Below are positions 50,536 through 61,189 of a stretch of 64,000 bases of DNA, piece by piece. The position numbers and the translations under genes are program-made. Source of the stretch: Marsupella aquatica (Eukaryota > Plantae > Marchantiophyta); NCBI GenBank assembly GCA_973895155.1, contig OZ316899.1, positions 7,815,241 through 7,879,240 of the forward strand, in the 5' to 3' direction. How positions within the stretch are numbered: position 1 is the stretch's first letter; each line of letters begins with the position of its first letter. The notes beneath the pieces were generated by a model. That model was not told the DNA's origin, searched no databases, and saw only the letters and a program-made list of their open reading frames with translations.

Positions 50536-53172
50536 CTAATGCCTGGCACGCTTGCCAGAGCCGCCCGAATGGGAACGGCCATCCTGCTGCCTTCAAAGCC
50601 TGTCATTGTCCGCCTTGAGGAGCTGGACCTGGTCCAGCAGAGATTCGTTCTCTCGCCTCGCCGCGTCCGTCTCCTCTGCTGCCTCCTGACATGCCTCCTC
50701 CAGCTGCTGGGCGTCGCTCGTCAGTTTACTCGCCAGCTGGTCCTGCTTCTCGGCCTCGGTTTGGAGCCGCGCCATCTCGGCCTGCAGCGTGGCTATCTCC
50801 GTCGCGTCCCGCTGGGCTCACTCCTCGGCCTCCTCCAGGTCTTTCTGCCAGGTGACAGCTTGTTTCTTCAAACTGTCAATCTGGTTCCGGAGTCGTGTAA
50901 TCTCGGTCTCGTTCCCAGCTTTGGTCTGTTCGGCTAGGGCGGTAAGAGCATACGCCTTTGCTAACAACTCATCGGCGGCTGCAACCTTGGGTCGTAGTTG
51001 CAGAAGCTCAGCCTCTTGAGCCGCCACTTTGTTCTTTAGGTACACGGACTCCACCCGGTACCGCTCTATCCTCTGAAGGGCCTCCGACTGGGCCCGACCT
51101 GCCTTTACGGCGGCAACCAACTCCTGATTGAAGAAACAGGCTACCTTCCGGGCCATGAACTCCCCGGTATCCCGGGCAATTTGATGAGAGAAATCTCCCA
51201 GAAGCCCGTTCAGAAACGTACCCTGTACGAAGAGTTCCGGGTGGTCCAAGTTGTGCCTGTCCGGATTTGGGCACGGGCAGACATCAACACGCACAGGGGC
51301 CGGGGCAGTGACGTCCAGCCCTGGGGACATAACGTTGGAAGGGGCTGGAGTGTCCTCCTGTAGCGATGTCCGGTTCTCCGGAATTGCCACCGGCGGGTCC
51401 TTGGGAGACCCGGGTTCGGGTAAGACCTCTGCCGTACCAACTTCTATACTTAGCCCGGCTAGTTGGGTCGCATCAACGGTTGCGACGACCGACCCCTCCG
51501 GCGCCTCCTCGGTTACGATTACAGCTATTTGTGGAGGTGGGGTGGGTGAAGCTGGCATGTCCACTGGACTTCGGGCCTCGGGTTGGGGCCGTCTCTCCAA
51601 TGCCGGAAAAACCCACCTAGCTGGGACCAGCTTTGTAACGTTGATGCGGGGAAGGGTTCGTCGATCAAACCGGGCGTACCACTCAAGAATGATTTCGATG
51701 TGGCTAGCAAAATACGCCTTCCCGCCAATGTACAGCGTCTTCCTTCGCCGCTCCATCTCTTCATGGAATTTCTTAGCGAAGTACGACGCCCATTTCCTAG
51801 GTCGATAGTTCTCGACCTGGATAACCTGGGCGGCGGAGATCTCCCCCCGGGGTTCCATCATGTGGAGAGCGTACCTCTGGAACTCCAGCCGCTCAGCTAT
51901 CTCGGGCATGAGGCAGGTCCTCATCACGAACCCGTTGTCTACTGATCCCTCTGAGGGAAAACTTGAAGATTGGTACTTGGCCCCCTTGCCCCCGGGAGCC
52001 CGTGATTCGACTCGATGGTCACCTTCGGGTAACCCGAAGATCATCTTGAGCCATTCTTCTGTGAGGGACATATTCCTTCCCCGCAGCCAAGTCTGTTGAC
52101 GTACGTCGTCATAATTCTTGACGAATTCTGTCATGTCCTCCCCGTAGTACCTACAAGTGTTCTAGGGGAGAGAGGCGAGGTGCTCAAATCCCTGAGTCTT
52201 CAGGTACACCGCATGCTTGGGATGGAGGATGTTGCTGTGAACGTTTTCCCCCATGTGATGCATCGTCACCTTGGCTACGGCTACCGTGGCCAACGGTAAC
52301 CCGGATGTAGTGGCGGATTCCTTCCTCTTCTTTCCCCGTGACTGACTCGGGGAAGGTGATACTTCCCCATCCTCCCGATCGGGCCTGGGGAGTGCCACTG
52401 CGGTTGGTAACGGGCCCGGGGCGGCCACGGTCACCATGTTGTCTGCTGGGGCCGCTCCTGGGGTCAGAGCAGGGGGTGGGGACGATATAGTGTCGGCCCC
52501 CCGAGCGCTTGTTCCTCTGGGCCGCCTGGTCAAGGGTGGGGTAGCCTCGTCGTCATCGCTAAGATCCACAGCGTTGATGATGGAGCGTACCTGTGCTGGC
52601 TGGGTGATAGGTGGTGGGGTTTGGCTAGGCTGCGGCTGAGGCTGAAGCTGAAGCTGAGGTTGCATGGGTACGGGTACGGGTACGGGCCCGGCTGAGTTGG
52701 TCATGTTGGTTGATGGCCGAGTTCCCATGAAGCTCTGCAGGTGCTGGTAGAAGTTCTCCGAAGCGAGTGCGGACGCCCTTGTCGAACGGTTGGTACTGGA
52801 CTCGCCGTTAATGACAGCCCGAACCTGGGCAGGGATGTGGTCGAAGTGATGTCGCTGCAGGTCGATTGTACCCGGGATATTGAAGACCTCGTCCGGAAGC
52901 CGAAGCAATGCTTCCCAGAACCCGATATATTTGTCTCCGTTGAAGAAGTACCCAGATACCTCAGCTGGTCGGTAAAGCTCGCTCTGAGACGGGTAGTCAA
53001 AGTTAAGGACGTAGTGGTGTCGTCCTGCTAGGCGGATGGCTCTCTCGTATTCGTGTTCGATCTCGTATCAGCGCGGGTTGGCGTGTTTCAATGAATCGGC
53101 CAAGTGCCTTCCGGTAGATAGGAACTGCGTCCAGAATCGAATGGCCGAGCTGGAGACGATCGTGTGCGACAT
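50536..53172 (-). pseudogene. LTR-encoded accessory ORF, B copy 2
   Basis: ORFs 52162-52908, 50818-52134 and 50593-50775 are collinear and in frame, with private stops. Confidence 0.85.
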
Positions 53173-53605
53173 TCAGAGGAGATAGTAGTGGTGACCTAGA
53201 GAGAACGAGAGAGCTGGGGTCGAAGCTGGCGCGCGGACTGATGGACTGGTGCACTACAAAGGGTTGGCTCCCCTTTTATACTTTGAGGGCTTGTCGATCC
53301 CCGACGTCTCCTCGACGCCCATAGGTTGAACCGCTCACGCTTGTGGTGTACCGGCCACTCCGCCGGTCTGAGTCAACGTGCGTCAGTGGCCGCTTCCTTA
53401 AGTTCGTTATACGGACCCGAGGGAGGGGCCCCTCCACGCTCGTAACCCGGGTGTGCGAATAGCGACCCGCCGCCAGCCCGAACCTGAAGTCCCCCTTATT
53501 GCCTAATGATGTCCTACCCCTAATGATTACCTAAATACTATCGTTATGCTAATAATAGCGGCCTAAGACCCACCTAATGCGCGTGCCGAGCGCAGTTAGA
53601 CTGAA

Positions 53606-56600
53606 TCACTCATTAACCGCCGTACCGGCGGCGTCACATAGCTCCCTGCTTAATTGTGAAGCGTCCTCGCGAACATTGCTATCGGCGTCGTCATCTTGAT
53701 GGTGGTACTTTTTTACACGATCGTAGCTGATTCGCGTGGGGAGTAAATCGTCGGCATACGTCGCAAGCTCCAAAGATCCGTTTCGGTAGATCTGATTGAC
53801 AAGGAAGGGCCCCAACCACCGGGTATGCAGCTTCCCTGGAAACTGCATGTACCTACTATCGTACAGAAGGACTAGATCGCCTGCCACGACGTCGACCCTC
53901 CGTAGTCCTTTGTCGTGCTGCTTCTTCGAAGTTGCCTGTTTCTTCACGGTGTGTCGAGCTGCCAGTAGTCGTGCTTCTTCCAAGGCTTCAATCTGATAAG
54001 CTCGGTCTGACAGACTTTCAGATTCAAGTAAGCGATCCCGAATGCTGACCCGTGGAGTGTGCACTTCAAATTCGACGGGCACCAACGAATGTTGGCCGAA
54101 CACCAGAAAGTACGGGCTGTGACTCGTAGTAGTTTTGTAAGCTAGATTATACGAGTACACCGCCGCGTACAACTTATCATCCCAATCCGTTTTGTGCGCA
54201 GCTACAGTTTTGTTGAGGATCTTCCCAATGATACCATTTGCTCTCTCCGCCATCCCGTTGGCTTTAGGATGATATGGGGTAGTCTTGCGGTGCTTGACTA
54301 GGTAACGCTCCGTAAGCTGGGCTACGGTGTCATTGAGGAAGTGGGTTCCACGGTCGCTTACGAATTCTAAGGGCGGTCCGAATCGGGTGAAAATCTGTTC
54401 GTATAAGAATCTGGCACTGGTTGCGGCGTCGTCCTTTACCGTAGCCCGCGCTTTGACCCATTTGGTGGAGTAATCAATAGCTAATAGGATGTACCTGCAC
54501 CTTCGCCTTCGGGTAACGGGAGTGAATGGTCCGATATAATCAATTCCCCATTTTTCGAATGGTGCCAATGGAAGCACAGATGTGAGCGGGTGATGATGAG
54601 CCCGCCTCGGGGCCCCCGCTCACTGACACAAGTCACAGCCCTTAATGAAGCGCTGTACATCCCGATGCAACGTAGACCACCAATACCCCGAGTCCAGAAT
54701 CTTTCGGGCTGTCGTAACTACCGCGAAATGGCCTCCAGCTTCTTCTTCATGCAGGGCCTGTATCACGATAAGTGTCTCCTTATACTCTAAGCAGTGTCGT
54801 AACTTTCCGTTAATACCTTCCTTATGTAGGTGACCCTGTATCATGACGTAAGGCCCGGCTTTCCGTAAAAACAGAGCGGCGGCCTCCTGATTGATGCCGT
54901 CAGGGATGCGGCCCGTTAAAAGGAAGGTGATTATTGAGCCGTACCATGTTGGTGTCCCTTCCCCCACGTGGAACAACTCCTCATCCGGAAAAATATCATC
55001 AATTGGCTGATCGACTGGTACGCCGTCCAGTCGTGAAAAGAAATCGGCATTGAGGTGTACCCTTCCTGGCCGAACCCAAACTTCGTAATTAAATTCCTGG
55101 AGAAGTAGCACCCACCGGGCTATCCGTCCTGTCACATCCGCTTTGTTGACCATGTACTTCAGGCTATCATGATCCGTGTGGAAAATGACCTTGTAGCCTA
55201 GCAGATAGTGTCGGAACTTTTTACACGAGTAGATTATTCCCAAAGCTTCTCGATCAGTGGGGGAATAATTCTTTTCGGCTGCAAATAGTTGACGGCTAGC
55301 GAAATAGATGGGGTGATCACGTCCATCCTCATCTAGCTGACTAAGTACGGATCCGATACAGAACCCTGACACATCGACATACACGTGGAACTCCTTATTC
55401 CAGTCTGGGGTGACCATGATAGGCGCGGTGGTGAGTCGTTTACGGAGTTCCTCAAAAGCAATCCGTCTTCGGGGTGTCTTCTCGACCGCTGCGTCCTTCT
55501 TCATCATCTCAGTTAAGGGCAACGCAATTTTAGCAAAGTCTTTAATGAACCGGCGGTAATACCCTACGCAGCCCAAGAAGGATCGTACTGCTTTTTGATC
55601 CAAGGGGAACACCACCGCCATCCAGGCCGCAACTTTCTCTTGGTCCACCTCAATGCCCCGTTTGGACACACGATGCCGGAGTAACACCCCCTCCTCTACC
55701 CCGAAGAAGCATTTGGCGGGATGTAGTTTGAGGTTAACATCTCGGCATCGTTGCAACGTTCGTCGTAGGTGTTCGGGGTGCATGGCAATGGTTCCGAAGA
55801 TGGCAAAGTCATCGATAAATATCTCCAAAAATTCCCGTAGGAAATCGTGGAAGATATTCATCATAAGGCACTGAAACATAGCCGGGGCGTTACACAGACC
55901 AAAAGGCATCCTCCGAAATGCGAACGTTCCCCACTCCGTAGTGAAAGTTGTTTTGAGCTGATCCGCGAGACGAATCCAGATTTGGTTATAACCTGAATAC
56001 CCGTCAAGAAATGTATAGATTTCATTTCGGGCCACCATATCTAGAACCATATCCGTGAATGGTAATGGGTAATGGTCTTTTCGGGTTGCATCATTCAGCT
56101 TACGGTAGTCCTGACAGATACGAATCTTAGGTTTTCCATCCGTACCTCCCTTCTTTGGTACAATGACAATGGGAGAGACCCAGTCGCTGGCCATTACCGG
56201 GTAAATGATATCGGCGGCGAGGAGACGATCAATTTCCTCCTTCACTAAGATGGAGTACCTCGGATTCATGCGACGTTGTCGCTGTCGTACCGCATGGGCT
56301 CCTAGGTTCAGATCGATTGTGTGTTCTCCCAACTCGGGGGAGACGCCTGTTAAATCATGATGACTCCATGCAAACACATCTTCATATTCCTTGAGCAAAG
56401 CTTGGATGGATTTTTCAGCCTTCCCCGTCAGAGCGTGGCCTAGGTTAAAAGATTTGTCCATCCCAATAGTGTACTTCCGGTAGTGCTCCTTCCTGATGAC
56501 TTCAACCTGGTTTCGCAGACTCGGGTCCAGGCTCGCGTCAAGCTCAGCTAACCGAACCCCTCCGTACATGGGTGGGACCGGGATTGGTCTCGGGATGGGG

Positions 56601-57784
56601 TTTACTTCCTCCAATTGCGGAATGGACGGATCCCATGAGACTCGCTTTTTATGTCTCGGTCTCGAGTTTTCGGCCTCAGGTGGTTGTTGGGCTGGTTCAT
56701 GGTTACGAGGCTCTGAAATGGAAGGAGTAGCCTCGGCTCCCTGCTTAGCTGGAGCCGTGTCCTCCGTCTCGACGAGTTGTTCGTGCGTTTCCTCATCCCC
56801 GACAGTAGATGTACTTGGGGTGGACTCAATGGCAGCCCTCGGGTAATTTAGGAGATGTGTTTCTCGGGTTGCTTCAACTCCGAAGACATCTTCCTCGGAT
56901 AGGGACGAGATGAGTTCGATCATATTGAGTTCCTCTTCCTCCGAGGTCTCCGAATCATATTCCTCGGGTCCTTGTGGGGTTTCTCCCTGATAATCGTCCA
57001 TTGCCCAGGATACCCGTACGGTGGGTTCCCCGAACCGTAGCTCCTTCTTTCCCCAATCCGTGACTACGCGGCCACCGTACAACCATGGCCTGCCCAGAAG
57101 AACCGGATAAGAGGAGGGACGAACCGGCCTCATGACTAAGAAGTTGAGATAGAACTCTACCCCTCCCACCAGAGTGAGCACTCGTGTGAGCGTGCCTAAT
57201 GGGAGGACCCTTGCCCCGTTTGCTAATCTGATAGCTCGGGCCGTGGGTTGATACGTGAGGTATCCTAACTTGACTGACGTTTCTTCAGTCATGATGTTGA
57301 CTCCCGCTCCTCCGTCTACAAGAACCATCTTGATGGTACAGTTATTAATTTTGATCGAGATGTCCGGCGCTCCAAGGTCCTCGCATATCATGTTGCAGTC
57401 CGCACTCCCAACTCGGGGTAGTCTCCTCCTTCGGCGACCCATGAGCAACTCCCTCAGTTGTCGTCTGTACTGTGGGTTGTTCTGCAGCAGTTGCCCCACC
57501 GTCGCTGTAACCGGGCAACTCTTCACGTCCTCCTTAATATCATAGTCCTCCTTTGTTTCTTTCGTTGGCTGCTGCTTGGCTTCCTCTTGTTTATCTTGCT
57601 TTTCTTGCTCCTGACGCCGGGCTGTCTCGGCTGCTTTGATGTCCTTATCGATTGCCTTCTGGTATTCCCAAGCTTCGTAAGCCTCCAGCTGTTTCTTTAC
57701 CAATTCTTCGATGCGGGGGAAAAACAGTTTCGGGTCGTCCCGTCGGTAGTCATCGTCCTTTTCCGGGGGTATATTTATCGCTGG
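53606..57784 (-). pseudogene. pol of B copy 2 (PR-RT-RH-IN), a single stop at 54620
   Basis: The 1027-aa and 323-aa ORFs are in frame. Confidence 0.94.
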
Positions 57785-58305
57785 ACTCTATGTGTTCTAA
57801 TGTTAACATGGTGAATGGTGAGCTTATAGAGTGAGTTCATTCCAAGTACACAATAAAACATGAATGGAATGTGTTATTTGTGCACAAGAGTGAGTTCATT
57901 CCAAGTAGTATAGTGGGGTCTTCATCACTCATTTCCAGTTGACATGAAAGACTTATACATACCCCACAAAGTGTCTACTTTAGTTGTTTTATAAACCCAC
58001 AAAGTATATTTAAATACTACCCTCCATAACCTTTTTAGTCTTTCCCAACGACTCACCATTGCAGCCCATAAAAGACTGAAAATGACTCACCAAAGCTACC
58101 CACACAAAGACTACAATAGACTGAAAATCCAGTCTATTAAATGACTTATAAACCAGTTCTATAAAGGACTCAGTTGATTATAGTAACAAAACATACGACT
58201 CGCAATCCTATAAAGGATTGGAGTCCTTCCCAGTCGTTTCCAAGTCCTATATGGTACTAAATAGTTGTTTAATGGGGTCTAAATACCCCCCGGTTTCTAC
58301 TTGTG
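57785..58305. mobile_element. Probable right end of a CACTA-type element (terminus reads CACAAGTAGAAACC on the minus strand) with subterminal repeats
   Basis: ...GGTTTCTACTTGTG at 58292-58305; repeated AAAGACT/AGTC motifs at ~57945-58250; abrupt switch to LTR sequence at 58306. Confidence 0.5.
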
Positions 58306-58546
58306 ATAGTTGCCTCCGGATCAGTTATACGGTCCGAGGCAGACAACCATAACGCGCCCCTAATCCGGTGGTACGTCACGTGCCGTGTTGCATGAACTCT
58401 ATTATTACTAAAACCTATCCTAAGCATCATGACTAGATAATTTTGTGTCGTTATGCTAATAACTACGGATTCCTAAGTCTACTTCATACGTGCGTAACAC
58501 AGATTAAGCCATATTACTCATTACCAGTCGTGTTGGCGGCGTCACA
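58306..58546 (-). mobile_element. 5' end of a diverged B-family LTR
   Basis: The minus strand starts TGTGACGCCGCC and shares TATTAGCATAACGA and CCGTATAAC with the first 240 bp of the B LTR. Confidence 0.75.
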
Positions 58547-58817
58547 GTTTGGTCAAGCTTAAGTTGTGAAAGGTAATCTTTACTGTGCCACCTTGGTTGG
58601 ATGAACAAAATCTGAAGTGACATTATGATTGATGTATTAGGTGATTCAAAGATAAACATAGACAAAGATGTGCCCAGCCTAGTGCCCCAGTGTCCATAGC
58701 CAATGAGGCATCAGGTAAGCTTATGCTTTAAATTCCCCTATATGAATGTTGTGAGACAATTCATTGGTTAACAGATTTAACCTGAATATTGTGGTGTGTT
58801 TATTGTTATTCATTTAG

Positions 58818-59520
58818 GATTAGCAGAAGCAAACATGGAGGATGTGGCAATGGCAAAGAAGAGGACAAAGGCTGTTCATAATGGTAAGTTGATAGTGACA
58901 ACTTTGTGGTTGGTGACATGTACATTTAGCACATGTGATTAGTGATTGACTTATGTTGGACAATGCACTGAATTGTAGTTGATGCAGAGTTGATAGACTC
59001 TCAACCAAGTGGGAGCGGGGTGAAGTGACGCCAAAACTTGGGAGCAACATTGGATGCAAGTAAGATTGTAGATGGTTCAATTGAAGCAAGTACAATGTTT
59101 GCAGATATTGAGATGATGTCGTAGGGAAATCCTACTACACAATCAGAAGTGTCAAATATGGATGCAGATTCTTTGAAGAAGAGTGTCCCCAATTCTTGAT
59201 CACCAACACAAACACTCGTGCCAAAGTGATGACTTGCAACCAAGGTATGAATAATGTCATGTATAAGCCACCCAGGAAAGCCAAGAAAAATAGCCAAGGT
59301 AAGGTGGAGGTGATAGCCACAACAGAGCTAGTCCATAATCTTCTATCATGGGAGGCTGACTCACAGGTATGTGTGGGTACATGCATTTTGCAACTGGATC
59401 ATACTAAATTCCATGGCAAAGTGGTCCCAAATGACCATGTAAAAGTGTTGTTGACTACAGTCATTGTATCTGATTATAATTTGCCATTTCCAAATAGAGC
59501 AGATGATCCACCTCAAGAAG
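58818..59520 (+). pseudogene. CACTA accessory gene (TnpA/Tnp1-like C-terminal domain) remnant, spliced
   Basis: VGTCILQLDHTKFHGKVVPNDHVKVLLTTVIVSDYNLPFP resembles the 'HG..lp....V.v..v....LP.P' domain of En/Spm ORF2. Exon-like segments at 58818-58883 and from ~58988. Confidence 0.55.
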
Positions 59521-59582
59521 TAATTGCAAATATCAACCTATTTATTAAAAGTGTATTTTCTTTTGTTCACAAATGAGTCTTG

Positions 59583-59660
59583 AAATGTACACTTTCATGT
59601 CCCCAAATGTACACTTCAAGACACCCAAATGTACACTTTTGTGTCTCTAAATGTACACTT
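59583..59660. repeat. ~22-bp tandem repeat, AAATGTACACTT core x4
   Basis: Directly visible. Confidence 0.9.
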
Positions 59661-59913
59661 TATAGGCCAAATCACATTAATATTATATTAATAAATAATA
59701 CATATTATATTATTTAATAACTCACATAGAAATGGAGGATAAAAACTTATAAAGTTATTTCATCCCCATTTAAGGACCAGATATTCTGTGAACAAAATAA
59801 CATCATTCCAAATAGATTATAAAATATCTTTATACAATTATCTGCAAATTTACATTGAATACGAACATGTTTCTAGTACTATCCAAGGGGCTTAACACAA
59901 GTCAATTAAATAT

Positions 59914-60950
59914 CTAAACCAAGTGCTCCCTACAATGTGTATTTGAGCATGTGCCCCTGTCTCCTTTCCTATCTACCCTATTGTCACGGTTGCAACTCAC
60001 TTTATTTTCAGGGAGTTGAAATCTGGTGGTGTTGTTCCTAATGGCTATAATCTCCCGCAAAAAGTGTCTGGGATTTTCTCTATATGGACCTGAATAGTCC
60101 TTTCCTAAAAATGATTTAGCAAGTGAGTTGACAAGTGCATTGTCAAGTTCCACCTCAGGACGTAAACTACATATACGGTGCTTTACATTCCAAGGGATCT
60201 CATTACTGTTGAGGTCCAACACACTATGTGTAAACTGTGACTTCCAAATTTTTGCTGCAAATCTCTTGCTAAGTTGATCATAAGTAATCTCATTTTTTGC
60301 CTTGTCTCTCTTCATGTGCAAAAGAGACCACTTTGGAGAGTTGAGAAGAAGATAGCATCGAATGTCACTTGCATGTGATAGTTTCTCAAGACATGGCCAA
60401 AGAATTGCTAGAAGAAAATTATCTCCACGATTGGCATGCGTGTAGGGCACTGGAAATAATCCGGTCATGTCTGGGTTGGCAAATGCCTTAAGGGGGGAGT
60501 CATCCACAAGGAGGGTGTTGGTTTCATCATATAGATTTCCAAATGCATTCCATACCACCTGAAAATCCTTCAGTAGCACATTTGCCTTTCCGTTTGTAAT
60601 GTCACGCCTTTGAATGCCTGTGTCAAAGGCTTCCACCTGTGTGAATACAAACTTAAGTTTCAACCGCTCCTCAACAGTGAACATCATGTTCAGCATTTTC
60701 ACTGTTCGTTCTACCCCAGCACAAGTCCAAATTGCAACGTCAAATCTGTCAAAAACCAACTTTAGAAACTCATGGAGCCCTGGTCGTTCTGTATACATGC
60801 GACTAATACCATTTTTTCTATCCCAATGCACTCCACTTGAGGTGACAATATTCCTGGATGTGCCCTTGCTTTGGAATTCAATAGAATCCCAAAGTATTTT
60901 ATTAAGGTCCAAAATCAGCAACTTCCGCTTGACGGGACCAGGTCTCGATT
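59914..60950 (-). CDS. FCP1/SCP (NIF) HAD-family phosphatase-like domain exon
   Basis: KRKLLILDLNKIL, RPGLHEFLKLVFDRFDVAIWTCA, LKDF..VW and NTLLVDDSPLKAFANP; intact frame; TGCAG acceptor at 60951. Confidence 0.85.
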
Positions 60951-61069
60951 CTGCAAGTGCACCAAACACCATTCTCAGAGAAAAGACCAAAAGTGAACTT
61001 TGGATTAGGATTGTCTCAGTCCAAAAATACAACACAATGGCTGACAAAAACGAAAATTAACCTACATAC

Positions 61070-61129
61070 CGTTTTTAGAAGCCTCACAATGTGTAGACGG
61101 ATATGGAGACTTTAATTGGTGAGCCCATT
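61070..61129 (-). CDS. 60-bp internal exon (phase 1-1) upstream of the FCP1-like exon
   Basis: CACAG acceptor at 61130; CG|GTATGT donor at 61069; splices in frame (..SKN-E-SRPG); no in-frame ATG upstream before a stop. Confidence 0.55.
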
Positions 61130-61189
61130 CTGTGAGACCGAGAAGTATTTTAGATTGATATGAATAAATAGAAAGTCAAAGGCTGAATT

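Larger units (their letters stand above)
49637..57784 (-). mobile_element. Gypsy B copy 2, 5'-truncated (3' LTR 49637-53638 + pol)
   Basis: LTR homologous to 17221-21242; PPT at 53639-53651; similarity to copy 1 ends abruptly at ~57784, upstream of the protease. Confidence 0.94.

Noticed and set aside
49637-58546. 58306-58546 as the 5' LTR of B copy 2
   Set aside because: Too diverged from the 3' LTR of B2, and the flanks (ACAAC vs GTTTG) give no TSD.
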